From the NCBI RefSeq assembly GCF_009914755.1, contig NC_060933.1: a stretch of DNA of 64,000 nucleotides. The stretch is one strand, 5' to 3'. The notes beneath the pieces were generated by a model that did not search any database, had not been told where the DNA came from, and saw only the letters and a list, made by a program, of their open reading frames with translations. The position numbers and the translations under genes are program-made. This DNA is from the human T2T-CHM13v2.0 reference genome, Homo sapiens. Of the stretch, positions 28,813 through 43,478 are shown piece by piece (the first letter of the stretch is position 1; each line of letters opens with the position of its first letter).

Positions 28813-30447
28813 AAACCAGCTCTTCCTCTCTACATCTTCATAACTGAACTGATGACTGAAGTCTTCTATGAGCACTCCACGTTTTCAGGCACTGTAATGG
28901 TTCCCTTCAAGGGTAATCCCAACTTCTTTAAACACTACTCTAAGATCCCTGAAATAATTTTACTAGCATCTGCTTAACTACAGAGAAAACAGCAGGCCCT
29001 TACAGCTTATTTGAAAAAGCACAGAATGAGCAGTCACAGATTTTAGTTTGAGTTTTGCAACTTCCTAGCCACAAAGTGGCTCTGAAAGTGAGTATCAGCA
29101 ATAAAAAAGCATTTATCAGTGATAAAGAGCACAGCATCTTCTGTGAGCATCAGTGTCCTACTCTTCAAAAAGGATTACATTATGAAACAAGTGAAAACAT
29201 TTTGAAACAGAACATATAAGCATAAACATTAACAACAAAAAAGCATCCATTCAAATTTCCCTAGGTATCCAGGGCTATGAGTCACCCAAACCCCTAAATG
29301 TCCTTCCAAATCCTAAGGTGAGCAAAAGTGTTCCCAATTAGACATTTAGGAATGTCTTTATGTGTATGTATTATGTTAAGCTATATGCACAAGGCTAATA
29401 AAATTTCAGCTTACATCTGTATGGCATTCTACAGTTTATTAAGTTCTTTCATATACATTAAATCATGGCAAAGCTGTGCATTTTATACGTTGAATGTATA
29501 TTTTATAAAGCACTTGGGCCCTTTGGATAATCAATGTATGCACTATATGCATGCCCATTGTATGTAACAACGAGTATAATGCTATTATTTTAAATTATTA
29601 CAGTGATGTAAATTGCTGTATCTTTACTTTTATAATATATTAGTAACCACATGTATGATTTATGTGATGCTGAGCACTTTGTCAGGAATAAAACCCCTAA
29701 TTAAAACTAGACTCCTATGGGAAAATATGATTCGCTTTATAATGATTCACTTTACATTGGCTTCCAGATCATACAGCAACCCAAATCATGGTGTACCTGA
29801 GCATAGTTTGTGAAAATAATTATTAATCAGAGGGGAGTATAAAAACCTTTGGGAACTACCTCTGTGTTGTGAACTTTCCCCTATAGGATGTATGCCTTTT
29901 TATTTTAATAAGAAGTAAGATCATTTTACTTTAAAGGGACCAAAAAAAACAGCTATAGAATGAGTTATATTGGTCAAAATAGGGTATGACTGATCACTCC
30001 TATCATCTATCATTACTTGGAAAATGGCAAATATCCCACCTCCTTTTAATGGCATCATCTGAGAATGGCTCTGAGACTAGCAAATTAGTAAAACAAATAA
30101 AATGATGCCAAAACAGAACATTCGATGCCTCTTTCTTTTCCTTCCCTATTGCTTTTAAGTGAAACTGAAGAGCAGGCTCCTACATCGGATACCAAGTGAC
30201 TAATTCAATTAAGCTCAAACTGAAGTCCTGTTTTATATAGATATTAATACTGTCTGCATTGATGTTTATAAAAAGCTTTGAAATTTTTTAGGTATATTGA
30301 TGTTATCTGAAGCCTAAGTGCTCAAATAGCCATAGTTACTAATGCAGATTTATCATAGAGAACTTCAAAAATATACATTTAATGTATACAGATGACCAAT
30401 TCATACAGAGCATGAGCTAAAGGAAATTTACTTTTTTAGCCATTATG

Positions 30448-30470
30448 CACACACACACACACACACACAC
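30448..30470. repeat. (CA)11 microsatellite
   Basis: Read directly from the sequence. Confidence 0.95.
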
Positions 30471-31313
30471 CCATCTCGTGATACTTCATTCTTCAAATGT
30501 TTAGTACTTTCAGGCTTTTAAAAAAAAATAAACAACTCATAAGTTATACAATCACTAAAAGAGCTAAGAAGTGGAACATCAAATTCACTTCAGACCATGT
30601 TGAAATAAAGTCTTTAATCTGAACTGTGTCACTCCAAGTGGGTTCTCAGCATGTAGGTAGCAGGCAGCTTTTCATGGTGTACAACTTGAGGGACATGATA
30701 AGCTGTTTACCTGTCCAAGAGGAACTTCAACATCATGAGTGAAGTGGCCAACATTTCAGCCATTGCTCTTACAGATTGTAACCATTGAGGACCAAGGGAG
30801 ATGAGAGAAAAGGAATTAATTTTTTTTGAATATGCACCACATACAAAAGGAGTTTCTTTACCTATGCTATCTTACTTGAACCATAAAACTGCCTCTTGGC
30901 AGGTATTGCCACCTTTACTTTGCAAAGGAGAGAGAACAGATGTTCCAAAGGATTAAGCAACTGGCCCAATGCCACATAGGTACGCTCAGTGGCAGAATGA
31001 AGCTACATTTGATTTCGGTGCTGCCTACCCTACGCACACCAAGCAGGAGTCATGGACTTTCTTTTTTTTTTCCTAACAACTACCAAATAATCCACACCCT
31101 ACTTCCTATAGCCTATAATGACCGGCATTTAAAAGCAAGAAAATCAAGATATTCAAAGGGTATAACAAACGCTCCCAGTTAAAATGGCAACCTCAGAGAG
31201 AGCCAGTCAACACACATTAACTCATGACAATGGGACAATTTTACAGATTTGACTTGCTTGTTGCTGAGAACTCTGTCAGAAAATTAAACCCCTAATTAGA
31301 ACTAAATTCCTAG

Positions 31314-31442
31314 CAGGACACCGTGGCTCAGGCCTATAATCCCAGAACTTTGGGAGGCCAAGGTAGGAGAATTGCTTGAACCTCAGAGGTTGAGGCTGCA
31401 GTGAGCCATGTTTGCACCACTACACTCAAGCCTGGGTGACAA
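31314..31442 (+). mobile_element. Alu monomer (FAM/FRAM-like), no tail
   Basis: gtggctcaggcctataatcccag..aggctgcagtgagcc..cctgggtgaca. Confidence 0.7.
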
Positions 31443-31853
31443 ATATGATTTGCTTTACAACAGAGGTCCCCAATCCCTGGGCCATGGACCAGTACCGATC
31501 CGTAGCCTGTTAGGAACCAGGCTGCACAGCAGAAGGTGAGTGGCAGGCGAGCAAGTGAAGCTTCATCTGTATTTACAGCCACTCCCCATTGCTCACATTA
31601 CCACCTGAGCTCTGCCTCTTGTCAGATCAGCAGCATCATAGGAGTGCAAACCCTATCAGTGAACTGCGCATGCAAGCGATCTAGGTTGTGTTCTCCTTAT
31701 GAGAATCTAATGCCTGATGATGTGTCACTGTCTCCATCATCCCTAGAATGGGACCACCTTGTTGCAAGAAAACAAGCTCAGGGCTCCCATTGATTCTACA
31801 TTACAGTGAGTTGTATAATTATTATATATTACAATATAATAATGATAGAACTA

Positions 31854-32622
<769 letters not shown>

Positions 32623-33038
32623 AAAGTGCACAATAAATGTAATGTACTTGAATCATCCCCAAACCATCTCCTACCCCCACCTGCCAGTCCACAGAAAAAT
32701 TGGCTTCCACAAAACCATTCCCTGGTGCCAGAAAGTTGGAGGACTGCTGCTTTACACTAAGATTTTGAGACCTTTGGCTACCAAACCCTGCTTGAAGAGG
32801 CGTCTGTAAAAACTCAAGAGACTGCTAAGTTTAAAAGTGTTCCAGGAATGAGCAAGTCAGAGTCTATGAATGATAACATTGAATGAATGCTATTTTTTAA
32901 GGTCTATCCCAAAATGCCAGGCACGATTTAATCCTCAGAACCCCCCAATGAGATAGGTGTGATTTGTCACAACATCCCATTCTATAGATAAGGGAAATCA
33001 GGCTGAAAAGATTTATAAAGTTGCCTATTCCCCACTAC

Positions 33039-33462
33039 ATATCACTTTCCTGGGGCTGCCATAACAAAGTCTCAGAAACTGAGTGGTTGAACCAGAAGTT
33101 TATTGGCTTACAGTTCTAGGGGCTAGAAGTCAAAAATCAAGGTGTCAGTTCCTGTGAGTGCTGTGGGTGAAATTCTGCTCCATGTGTTGCTCTGAGCTTC
33201 TGAGAGGCTCAGGTGTTCCTTGGCTTGTAGCTGGGATTCTCCCTGTGTCTTCACATTGTCTTCCCTCTGTCCATGTCTGTCTTAGTGTCCAAATTTTCTC
33301 TTTTAATAAGGATGCTACTCATGCTGGATTAGGGCCCACGCTAATGAGCTCATGGTACCTCAACTACCTCTGTAAAGACTCTTTACCAAATAAGATCATA
33401 TTTGGAGGCTGGAGCATTAGGACTTCAAAATCTTTTGAGGTGGCACAATTCAATCCGTAACA
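33039..33462 (-). mobile_element. MLT1 (B/C-like) MaLR LTR
   Basis: tttcctggggctgccataacaaag..cagttctaggggctagaagtc..cacaattcaatccgtaaca. Confidence 0.8.
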
Positions 33463-33662
33463 CACAGCTAGGAAGTGGTCAGGTTGCAAGCAGTTAACCA
33501 CTACTCTCCAAACCTGGCACCTCCTCAGGGAGGCCAAAGTGAAGGGCAGAGGAACTCCAAGTGAGAGAGTTTGGAGACAGACGTTGGCACATTGGAAGAA
33601 GAAAGAATGAGGGAGATGACTACGATCTCATGAGTGTGTATATTCTAATGACTTAAGAGCTA

Positions 33663-33986
<324 letters not shown>

Positions 33987-33993
33987 AGAACAA

Positions 33994-34222
33994 TTTTTTT
34001 TTTTTTTACTTTAAGTTCTGGGATATATGTGCAGAGTGTACAGGTATGTTACATAGGTATACACGTGTCATGGTGGTTTGTTGCACCTATCAACACGTCA
34101 TCTAGGTTTTAAGCCCCGCATGCATTAGGTATTTGTCCTAATGCTCTCCCTCCCCTTGCCCCCCACCCCCAGATAGGCCCCGATGTGTGTTGTTACCCTC
34201 CCTGTGTCCATGTGTTCTCATT
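33994..34222 (-). mobile_element. L1PA8-like 3' end fragment
   Basis: T-tail, ttttaagccccgcatgcattaggt motif. Confidence 0.85.
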
Positions 34223-36685
34223 AAGAACATATTAAACAATTACCTCTCACATCTGTTGAGGTCTCATCCATGATCATGCTTGCTATGTGGCCAGCACTGC
34301 GCTAATCCTGCAGAAGCTACAGGACTCAGCCTCAGCCTCTGCCTTCAGTCAGCTTTCCTTCTTATGGCTCAGCCAGTTTGGAGGGTGAGAAGGTGCAGAC
34401 ATGTCCCATGTAATCACCAGAGTGAAAGACGTCGCATCAAAGACTGTACAGGAGAGGTACAAGTTACAGTGCACTGAAAACACAGAGGTGCACAGCTTTT
34501 ATTTCCATTCCAGATGGCTTCAAGAGAGAACAGGCTCTGCTGTGGGTAGGATTTCAACAGAAAGGGGGTATAAGGTAAGAATGTAGAAGGCAAGGCGAAC
34601 CAACAGTCAACAAGACCTTCATATGGAGACCCTAGGCTGGGGGGTTCTCATGTAAGCTACCATATTACCATATTCAATCCTTAAAGTCACCCTATGCCAT
34701 CAATATCATCCCCAATTTACAAGAGAAGCAGCTAAAACTTGGGAAATTCCAGGGAGGGGGATAAGTCCAGAATCCTAACCCCCAACTCAGCTGAAATACC
34801 TAAGGTCTTGGTAGCACATAACTCAGGTACCTGGCTTTCAAGAGGTTGAAAAGAAAGGCGAACCTACAAAATGAGTTAAACCAAATCAACTTATCATTTC
34901 TGACACTAAAACAATGCCAAAGTATGGCCCAGAATGAAAAAATTAGAGAATCCTTTTATCAAAAAATATCAAGTCTGTTCAAATTTACTGCACTAAAATA
35001 AAACAGGTTACTGTAGCCAAAAATACAGGAAAAATTCAGACAGGTGTCAAGCAGTCATGTTTAAAAAATGGAAGTGATCATGCCACCAGCAAGGGTAGCT
35101 ATGCCTATGTGGGTGTGTTTGTGTACGTGTGTTTTTACATGTACATTTTCTCCCTTAAGCCACTGAAACCTTAGGAAAATTTTATGACGACAATGTGCCA
35201 TGTACGTAAAAGATGGATGGGTTAAAGTTACTGTTTTCTTAGGATCTGTCCGGCATTTGACAGCCATGCACCAGTGCACTATCTGGAAAGATTTAGGACT
35301 TTTGCTGTAAAATTATTTATTAGTTGTTATTTATACTACGTGCTCACTGGTAGACCACCCAGTGTTGTAACAATAAAAGCAGTCACGCTGCATCTCTCCA
35401 AAACAAGCAAAAGACCAAGGGGGCTGTTTCTGGGTGTCACCACTGAAGGATGTGGCTTCCGGCAGGGAAGTATGTTAAATGTTTTGAAGGTGCTGCAATC
35501 CTAACAGAGACCCCGGGAAATGGAAACCGCCTGGGCTCAGCAGGAGCACTCTGCTCGGGTAAGCAGTCCTCCTCTCCCGGCCTTAGTTGTCACCTACAAA
35601 AGGAAGGGCTGCCCCCAAAGTCCCTAAGATCCCTTCCCCTCTGAATTCTAGATTGTAAAAGACTGAAAGCTATTAGCAGTTCCACACTAACCCCCAGGAT
35701 GCAATCTGGGGCTAATCTCAGTGCCTGGGGGCCTCAGGATCTGACAGGCTGCCAGCATCTCCTCTACATCCCAATTGGACCTGTTAGTGAGCTAACAAGA
35801 CATGTTTGAACATTCTTAAAGGCCTCAAAAGAAAAGCTCCTTGTGCAATGTTTAACTTTATCAAATATGTCAAGGTTGTGGTTCCATTAGACCATCCAGG
35901 AAGAGACTGAGTTTTTCTTTTTGAAATGCACAAAATAACTATAAAATGTCACACTTCTACTACTTATGCTTATTTAAGTAAATAAGCACCAAAAATAAAT
36001 TAACTAATAAAACAAGATTCTCCCTCCCTTTTCTCCCCACAAAAATACCTTTGGGGATTTGTAATTATTTCCCTGTCTAAAAACCTAACCTAATGCAGAC
36101 ATGTCAATATCCTCTTCTTAAGTACACAGGATTATTCCATATTAATCCTCTCCTTTCTAGCGATCAGTATCTATCTCTCTCTCAGGCTGAAGCTGGCATC
36201 AGCCAGTCTCATTTGTGGGATAATTAATTCAGGGAACTTTCCAGAGGTCTTAGGTCAGCCTCCTAATTTTTCCAAGGCTGAAGTAGCCCAAAGCGGTTAA
36301 AAAGTTATCCGTCCAACCAAGGTCACCTAGGCTTACTGTCTGAAGTAGAATTTGTGATTCCAAGCCCTGCTCCTCTCCCACTAAAGAAGAATGTTCTCCT
36401 AGCTTGCAAGAAAGAACACAAGGGGATGCTGCTGCTATTCCCTTTTTTAAGCCTTACTCCTGTTTATGATTCCTAAACCTGGCTGCATCCCAGTCACTTC
36501 CAGGGACAAAGTCCCCAAGCCTGATGAATCTATTCACAGAATCTACAGTTTTTTCAAAGTCCCCACAAATAATTCAGGTTTAGAAACCACTGCACATTCA
36601 TACCAAACACAAAAATAAAGAAAATAAAAACACAATATAGAGAACTTTAATAAATTTTTTCCTTTCCAAAAGTTTTATTATATAA

Positions 36686-36986
36686 GCTGGGTGTGGTGGC
36701 TTTTGCCTGTAATCCCAGCATTTTGGGAGGCCACATTGGGAGGATCACTTGAGGTCAGGAGTTTGAGACCAGCCTGGCCAACGTGGTGAAACCCCATCTT
36801 ACCAAAAATACAACAACTAGCTGGAAGTGGTGGTGTACGCCTGTAATCCCAGCTATTCGGGAGGCTGGGGCAGGAGAATGGCTTGAATCCAGGAGGTGGA
36901 GGTTGCAGTGACCCAAGATCATGCCACAGCACTCCAATCTCAGCAACAAGAGTGAAACTACATCTCAAAAAAAAAAAAAAGAAAAG
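36686..36986 (+). mobile_element. AluS inserted in an old L1M fragment
   Basis: Perfect 17-bp TSD aaagttttattatataa at 36669-36685 and 36987-37003. Confidence 0.94.
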
Positions 36987-37164
36987 AAAGTTTTATTATA
37001 TAAATGTCCAAACATATTCAAAAGTAGAAATCATTTAATGAATCCCCAAATAAGTATCATCCATTCCTCACAATTATCCAGATGTTGCCACACTTGCTTT
37101 ATCAATCCCCTTTTCTTCTTCGCTGCAGTATTTTAAAGTAAGTCCCAGAAATCATCCTTATATA

Positions 37165-37480
37165 CAGCCATCCACCACTTAATGACAGGGATACATTCTG
37201 AGAAATGCATCATTAGGCAATTTTGTCATTGTGCAAACATCTCAGAGTTTACTTATGCAAACCTTGATGGTGCAACCTACTATAAACCTAGGCTATATGG
37301 TATAACCTATTGCTCCTAGGCTGTAAGCCTGTACAGCATGTGACTACACTGATTACTGTAGGCAATTATGTATCTAAGCATACAAAACGTGCAGTGAAAA
37401 TACAGTATTAAATCTTATGGAACCATCATCATATATTCAGTCTTTTGTTAACCAAAATGTTCTTATGCAGCACATGACTG
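37165..37480. mobile_element. Tigger3a/MER7A non-autonomous DNA transposon
   Basis: Imperfect TIRs cagccatccacc.. and ..gcacatgactg, TA target duplication, acattctgagaaatgcatcattagg motif. Confidence 0.88.
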
Positions 37481-37506
37481 TACTTCAATATGCATCTCTA
37501 CAAAAA

Positions 37507-37854
37507 AAGCATTTGGTAAAATTCAACATCCCTTCTCGACAAAAAAAACACTCACTAAACTAGAAATAGAAATGTCATAACATGATAAAGGCCACGGATG
37601 AAAAACTCACAGTGAACATCATACTTAATGATGAAAAACTGAAAACTTTTTCCCTAAGATCAGAAACAAGATAAGGATCCCCACATATATAACTTCTATT
37701 CAACATAGTATTTAAAGCTCTAGCCAGAGAAATGAGGCAAGAAAAAAAACATAGTAAAAGGCATCCAATTGGAAAGGAAGAGGTAAAATTATCTCAGTTC
37801 ACAAATGACATGATCTCATATGTAAAACCCAAAAAAAAAATCTAGGCAAATTTA
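37507..37854 (+). mobile_element. L1MB ORF2 fragment (5' piece)
   Basis: gcatttggtaaaattcaacatccc..ttctattcaacatagta..aatgacatgatc RT region; continues at 45772. Confidence 0.8.
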
Positions 37855-40144
37855 GGAGGCACTTCCAAGATGGCCGAATAGGAACAGCTCTGGTCTACAG
37901 CTCCCAGCGAGACTGACGCAGAAGATGGGTGATTTCTGCATTTCCAACTGAATTACCTGGTTCATCTCATTGGGAATGGTTGGACAGTGGGTGCCGCCCA
38001 CAGAGGGTGAGCCAAAGCAGGGCAGGGCATTGCCTCACCCAGGAAGAACAAGGGGTTGGGGGATTTCCCTTTCCTAACCAAGGGAAGCCATGAGTGACTA
38101 TACCTGGAGGAACCATACACTCCTGCCCAAGTACTGCACTTTTCCCACAGTCTTCACAACCAGCAGACCAGGACATTCCCTCCTGTGCCTGGCTAGACAG
38201 GTCACATGCCCACAGAGCCTTCTCACTGCTAGCGCAGCAGTATGAGATCAACCTGGGATGCTGGAGTGTGGTAAGAGGAGGGGCATCTGCCATTGCTGAG
38301 GCTTGAGTAGGTAGTTCCATGCTCACAGTGTAAACAAAGAGGCAGGAAAGCTCAAACTGGGCAGAGCCCACCACAGCTTAACAAGGCCTACTGCCTCTCT
38401 AGATTCCACCTCTGGGGGCAGGGCATATCTGAACAAAAGGAAGTAGACAGCTTCTACAGGCTTAAATGTCCCTGCCAGATAGTTCTGAAGACAGCAGTGG
38501 TTCTCCCAGCATGGCATTCAAGCTCTGATAACGGACAGACTGCTTCCTTAAGTGGGTCCCTGACCCCCATGTAGCCTGACTGGGAGACACTTCCCAGTAG
38601 GGGCTGACAGATACTTCATACAGGTGGGTGCCGATCAAGGATGAAGCTTCCAGAGGAAGGTTCAGTCAGCAATATTTGCTGTTCTGAAGCCTCTGCTGGT
38701 GATACAAGGCAAACAAGTTCTGGAGTGGACTTCCAGCAAACTCCAACAGACATGCAGCTGAGGGGCCTGTCTGTTAGAAGGAAAACCAACAGAAAGGAAT
38801 AGCATCAACATCAACAAAAAGGACATCCACACCAAAACCCCATCTGTAGGTCACCAACATCAAAGACCAAAGGTAGATAAAACCTCTAACATGAAGAGAA
38901 ACCAGAGCAGAAAGGCTGAAAATTCCAAAAACCAGAATGCCCTTTCTCCTCCAAAGGAACACAACTCCTCACCAGGGAACAAAACTGGATGGAGAATGAC
39001 TTTGACAAGTTGACAAAAGTAGGCTTCAGAAGGTTGGTAATAACAAACTTCTCCCAGCTAAAGGAGTATGTTCTAAACCATCACAAGGAAGCTAAAAACC
39101 TTGAAAAAAGGTTAGATGAATGGCTAACTAGAATAACCTATGTAGAGAAGAGCTTAAATGACCTGGTGGATCTGAAAACCACAGTAAGAGAACTGCATGA
39201 AGCATACACAAGCCTCAATAGCCAATTTGATCAAGCAGAAGAAAGAATATCAGCAATTAAAGATCAAATTAATCAAATAAAGTGAGAAGACAAGATTAGA
39301 GAAAAAAGAGTGAAAAGAAATGAACAAAGCCTCCAAGAAATTTGGGACTATGTGAAAAGACCAAATCTATGTCTGATTGGTGTACCTGAAAGTGATGGGG
39401 AGAATGGAACCAAGTTAGAAAACACTCTTCGGGATATTATCCAGAAGAACTTTCCCAACCTAGCAAGACAGGCCAACATTCAAATTCAGGAAGTACACAG
39501 AACACCACAAAGATACTCCATGAGAAGAGCAACCCCAAACACGTAATTGTCAGATTCACCAAGGTTGAAATGAAGGAAAAAATGTTAAGGGCACCCAGAG
39601 AGAAAGGTCAGGTTACCCACAAAGGGAAGCCCATTAGACTAACAGCAGATATCTCTGCAGAAACCCTACAAGCCAGAAAAAGGGGCCATTATTCAACATT
39701 CTTAAAGACATGTTCAACCTGCAACTTCATATCCAGCCAAACTAACCTTAATAAGTGAAGGAGAAATAAAATCCTTTACAGAAAGCAAATGCTGAGAGAT
39801 TTTGTCACCCCCAGGCCTGCCTTACAAGAGCTCCTGAAGGAAGCACTAAATACAGAAAGGAACAACCAGTACCAGCCACTGCAAAAACATGCCAAATGGT
39901 AAAGACCACTGATGCTATGAAGAAACTGCATCAATTAATGTGCAAAATAACCAGCTAGCATCATAATGACATGATCAAATTCACACATAACAATATGAAC
40001 CTTAAATGTAAATGGGCTAAATGCTCCAATTAAAAGACACAGACTGGCAAATTGGATAAAGAGTCAAGACCTACCTGTGTGCTGTATTCAGGAAACCCAT
40101 CTTAGGTGGAAAGACACACACAGGCTTAAAATAAAGGGATGGAG

Positions 40145-41610
40145 CCGTCTGGGATCTGAGGAGTGCCTCTGCCCAGCGACCGCCCTGTCTGGGATGTGAG
40201 GAGTGCCTCTGCCTGGCCACTGCCCCGGCTGGCAAGTGACGAGTGCCTCTGCCTGGCTGCCCCACCATCGGTGAAGTGAGGAGCACCTCCGCCCAGCCGC
40301 CCCACCATCTGGGAAGTGAGGAGTGCCTCCACCCGGCTGCCCCACCATCTGGCAAGTGAGGAGCACCTCTGCCCGGCCGCCCCACCATCTGGGAAGTGAG
40401 GAGGCCTCTGCCCGGCCGCCACACCGTCTGGGAAGTGAGGAGCGCCGCTGCCCGGCCGCCACACCATCTGGGAAGTGAGGAGCGCCTCTGCCTGGCTGTC
40501 CCACCATCTGGGAAGTGAGGAGCCCCTCTGCCCGGCCGCCACACCGTCTGGGAAGTGAGGAGCGCCTCTGCCCGGCCGCCACACCATCTGGAGAGTGGGG
40601 AGCACCTCTGCCCAGCTGTCCCACTGTCTGGGAAGTGAGGAGCGCCTCTGCCCGGCCGCCACACCATCTGGAGAGTGAGGAGCACCTCTGCCCGGCTGTC
40701 CCACTGTCTGGGAAGTGAGGAGCGCCTCTGCCCAGCCGCCACAACATCTGGGAAGTGAGGAGTGCCTCTACCCAGCCGCCCCACCATCTGGGAAGTGAGG
40801 AGCGCCTCTGCCCGGCCGCCACAACATCTGGGAAGTGAGGAGTGCCTCTACCCAGCCGCCCCACCATCTGGGAAGTGAGGAGCACCTCTGCCCGGCTGTC
40901 CCACTGTCTGGGAAGTGAGGAGCGCCTCTGCCCAGCCGCCACAACATCTGGGAAGTGAGGAGTGCCTCTACCCAGCCGCCCCACCATCTGGGAAGTGAGG
41001 AGCACCTCTGTCCGGCTGTCCCACTGTCTGGGAAGTGAGGAGCACCTCTGCCTGGCCGCCACCCTGTCTGGGAAGTGAGGAGCGCCTCCACCCGGTCGCC
41101 CAAATGACTGGGAAGTGAGGAGCGCCTCTGCCTGGCCACCCAACTGACTGGGACGTGAGGAGCGCCTCTGCCCAGCCGCCCCACCCTCTGGGAAGTGAGG
41201 AGCGCCTCTGCCCAGCCACCACCCTGTCTGGGAAGTGAGGAGCCCCTCTGCCCGGCCACCCAACTGACTGGGAAGTGAGGAGCGCCTCCACCTGGCCGCC
41301 CACAGTCTGGGAAGTGAGGAATGCCTCTGCCAGGCCGCCCCACCGTCTGGGATGTGAGGAGTGCCTCTGCCCGCCCACTGCCCTGTCTGGGAAGTGAGGG
41401 GTGCCTCTGCACAGCTGCCCCCCTCTAGGAAATGAGGAGCACCTCTGCCCATATGCCCCACCATCTGGGAAGAGAGAAGCACCTCTGCCCAGCCACTGTG
41501 CAACCCTCCAAGTGTGAAGTGACAGCCTTGTGTGTGATCCTTCTGCCCTCCCCAAGTTTGCATTTTTGATATTAAAGTTTACTTTTTAATTAAAAAAATA
41601 AAAATAAAAA
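40145..41610 (+). mobile_element. SVA2-type VNTR retrotransposon
   Basis: 34 x 40-bp SVA-like units (gccgccccaccatctgggaagtgaggagcgcctctgcccg) 40145-41495; ~95-bp unique 3' end; ATTAAA 41571-41576; A-tail 41592-41610; TSD taaagg(g/a)atggag; no hexamer, Alu-like part or SINE-R. Confidence 0.88.
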
Positions 41611-42274
41611 CATTAAAGGAATGGAGGAAGATCTACCAAGCAAATGGAAAGCAAAAAAAAGCAGGGGTTGCAATCCTGGTCTCTGATAAAACAGACTTTA
41701 AACCAACAAAGATCAAAAGAGACAAAGAAGGCCATTACATAATGCTAAAGGGATCAATTCAACAACAGCAGCTAACTATCCTAAATATATATGCACCCAA
41801 TACAGGAGCATCCAGATTCATAAAGCAAGTTCTTAGAGATCTACAAAGACACTTAGACTCCCACACAATAATAATGGAAGACTTTAACACCCCACTGTCA
41901 ATATTAGACAGATCAACGAGATCTGTCTAATTAACAAGGATATCTGGGACTTGAACTCAGCTCTGGACCAAGCAGACCTAATAGACATCTACAGAACTCT
42001 CCAACCCAAATCAACAGAATATACATTCTTCTCAGCATTACATCACACTTATTCTAAACTTGACCACATAGTTGGAAGTAAAGCACTCCTGGGCAAATGT
42101 AAAAGAACAGAAATCACAACAAACTGTCTCTCAGACCACAGTGCAATCAAATTAGAACTCAGGATTAAGAAACTCACTCAAAACTGCACAACTACATGGA
42201 AACTGAACAACCTGCTCCTGAATGGCTACTGGGTACATAACGAAATGAAGGCAGAAATAAAGATGTTCTTTGAA

Positions 42275-42658
<384 letters not shown>

Positions 42659-43142
42659 CTAAATGCCCATAAGAGAAAGCATGAAAGATCTAAAATCGGC
42701 ACCCTAACATCACAATTAAAAGAACTAGGGAAGCAAGAGCAAACAAATTCAAAAGCTAGCAAAGGCAAGAAATAACTAAAATCAGAGCAGAAATGAAGGA
42801 GATAGAGACACAAAAAACCCTTCAAAAAAATCAATGAATCCAGGAGCTGGTTTTTTGGAAAGATCAACAAAACAGATAGCCCACTAGCCAGACTAATAAA
42901 GAAGAAAAGAGAGAAGAGTCAAATAGACGCAATAAAAAATGATAAACGGGATATCACCACTGATCCCACAGAAATACAAACTACCATCAGAGAATACTAT
43001 AAACACCTCTAAACAAATAAACTATAAAGTCTGGAAGAAATCGATAAATTCCTGGACACACATACCCTCCCAAGACTAAACCAGGAAGAAGTTGAATCTC
43101 TGCATAGACCAATAACAGGTTCTGAAATTGAGGCAGTAATAG

Positions 43143-43478
<336 letters not shown>

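Noticed and set aside
40145-41495. CRISPR-like array
   Set aside because: Pure tandem units with no unique spacers, primate context, no cas genes
40088-41563. 491-aa minus-strand ORF (true ATG) and overlapping 190-240 aa ORFs as a novel repeat protein
   Set aside because: They are antisense readings of the 40-bp VNTR, which is nearly stop-free on that strand, so long ORFs occur in all frames; no independent sign of coding
40145-41610. Canonical SVA_A-F or gibbon LAVA
   Set aside because: The 3' end is a short unique segment, not SINE-R or the LAVA Alu/L1 end; 5' truncation cannot explain a different 3' end
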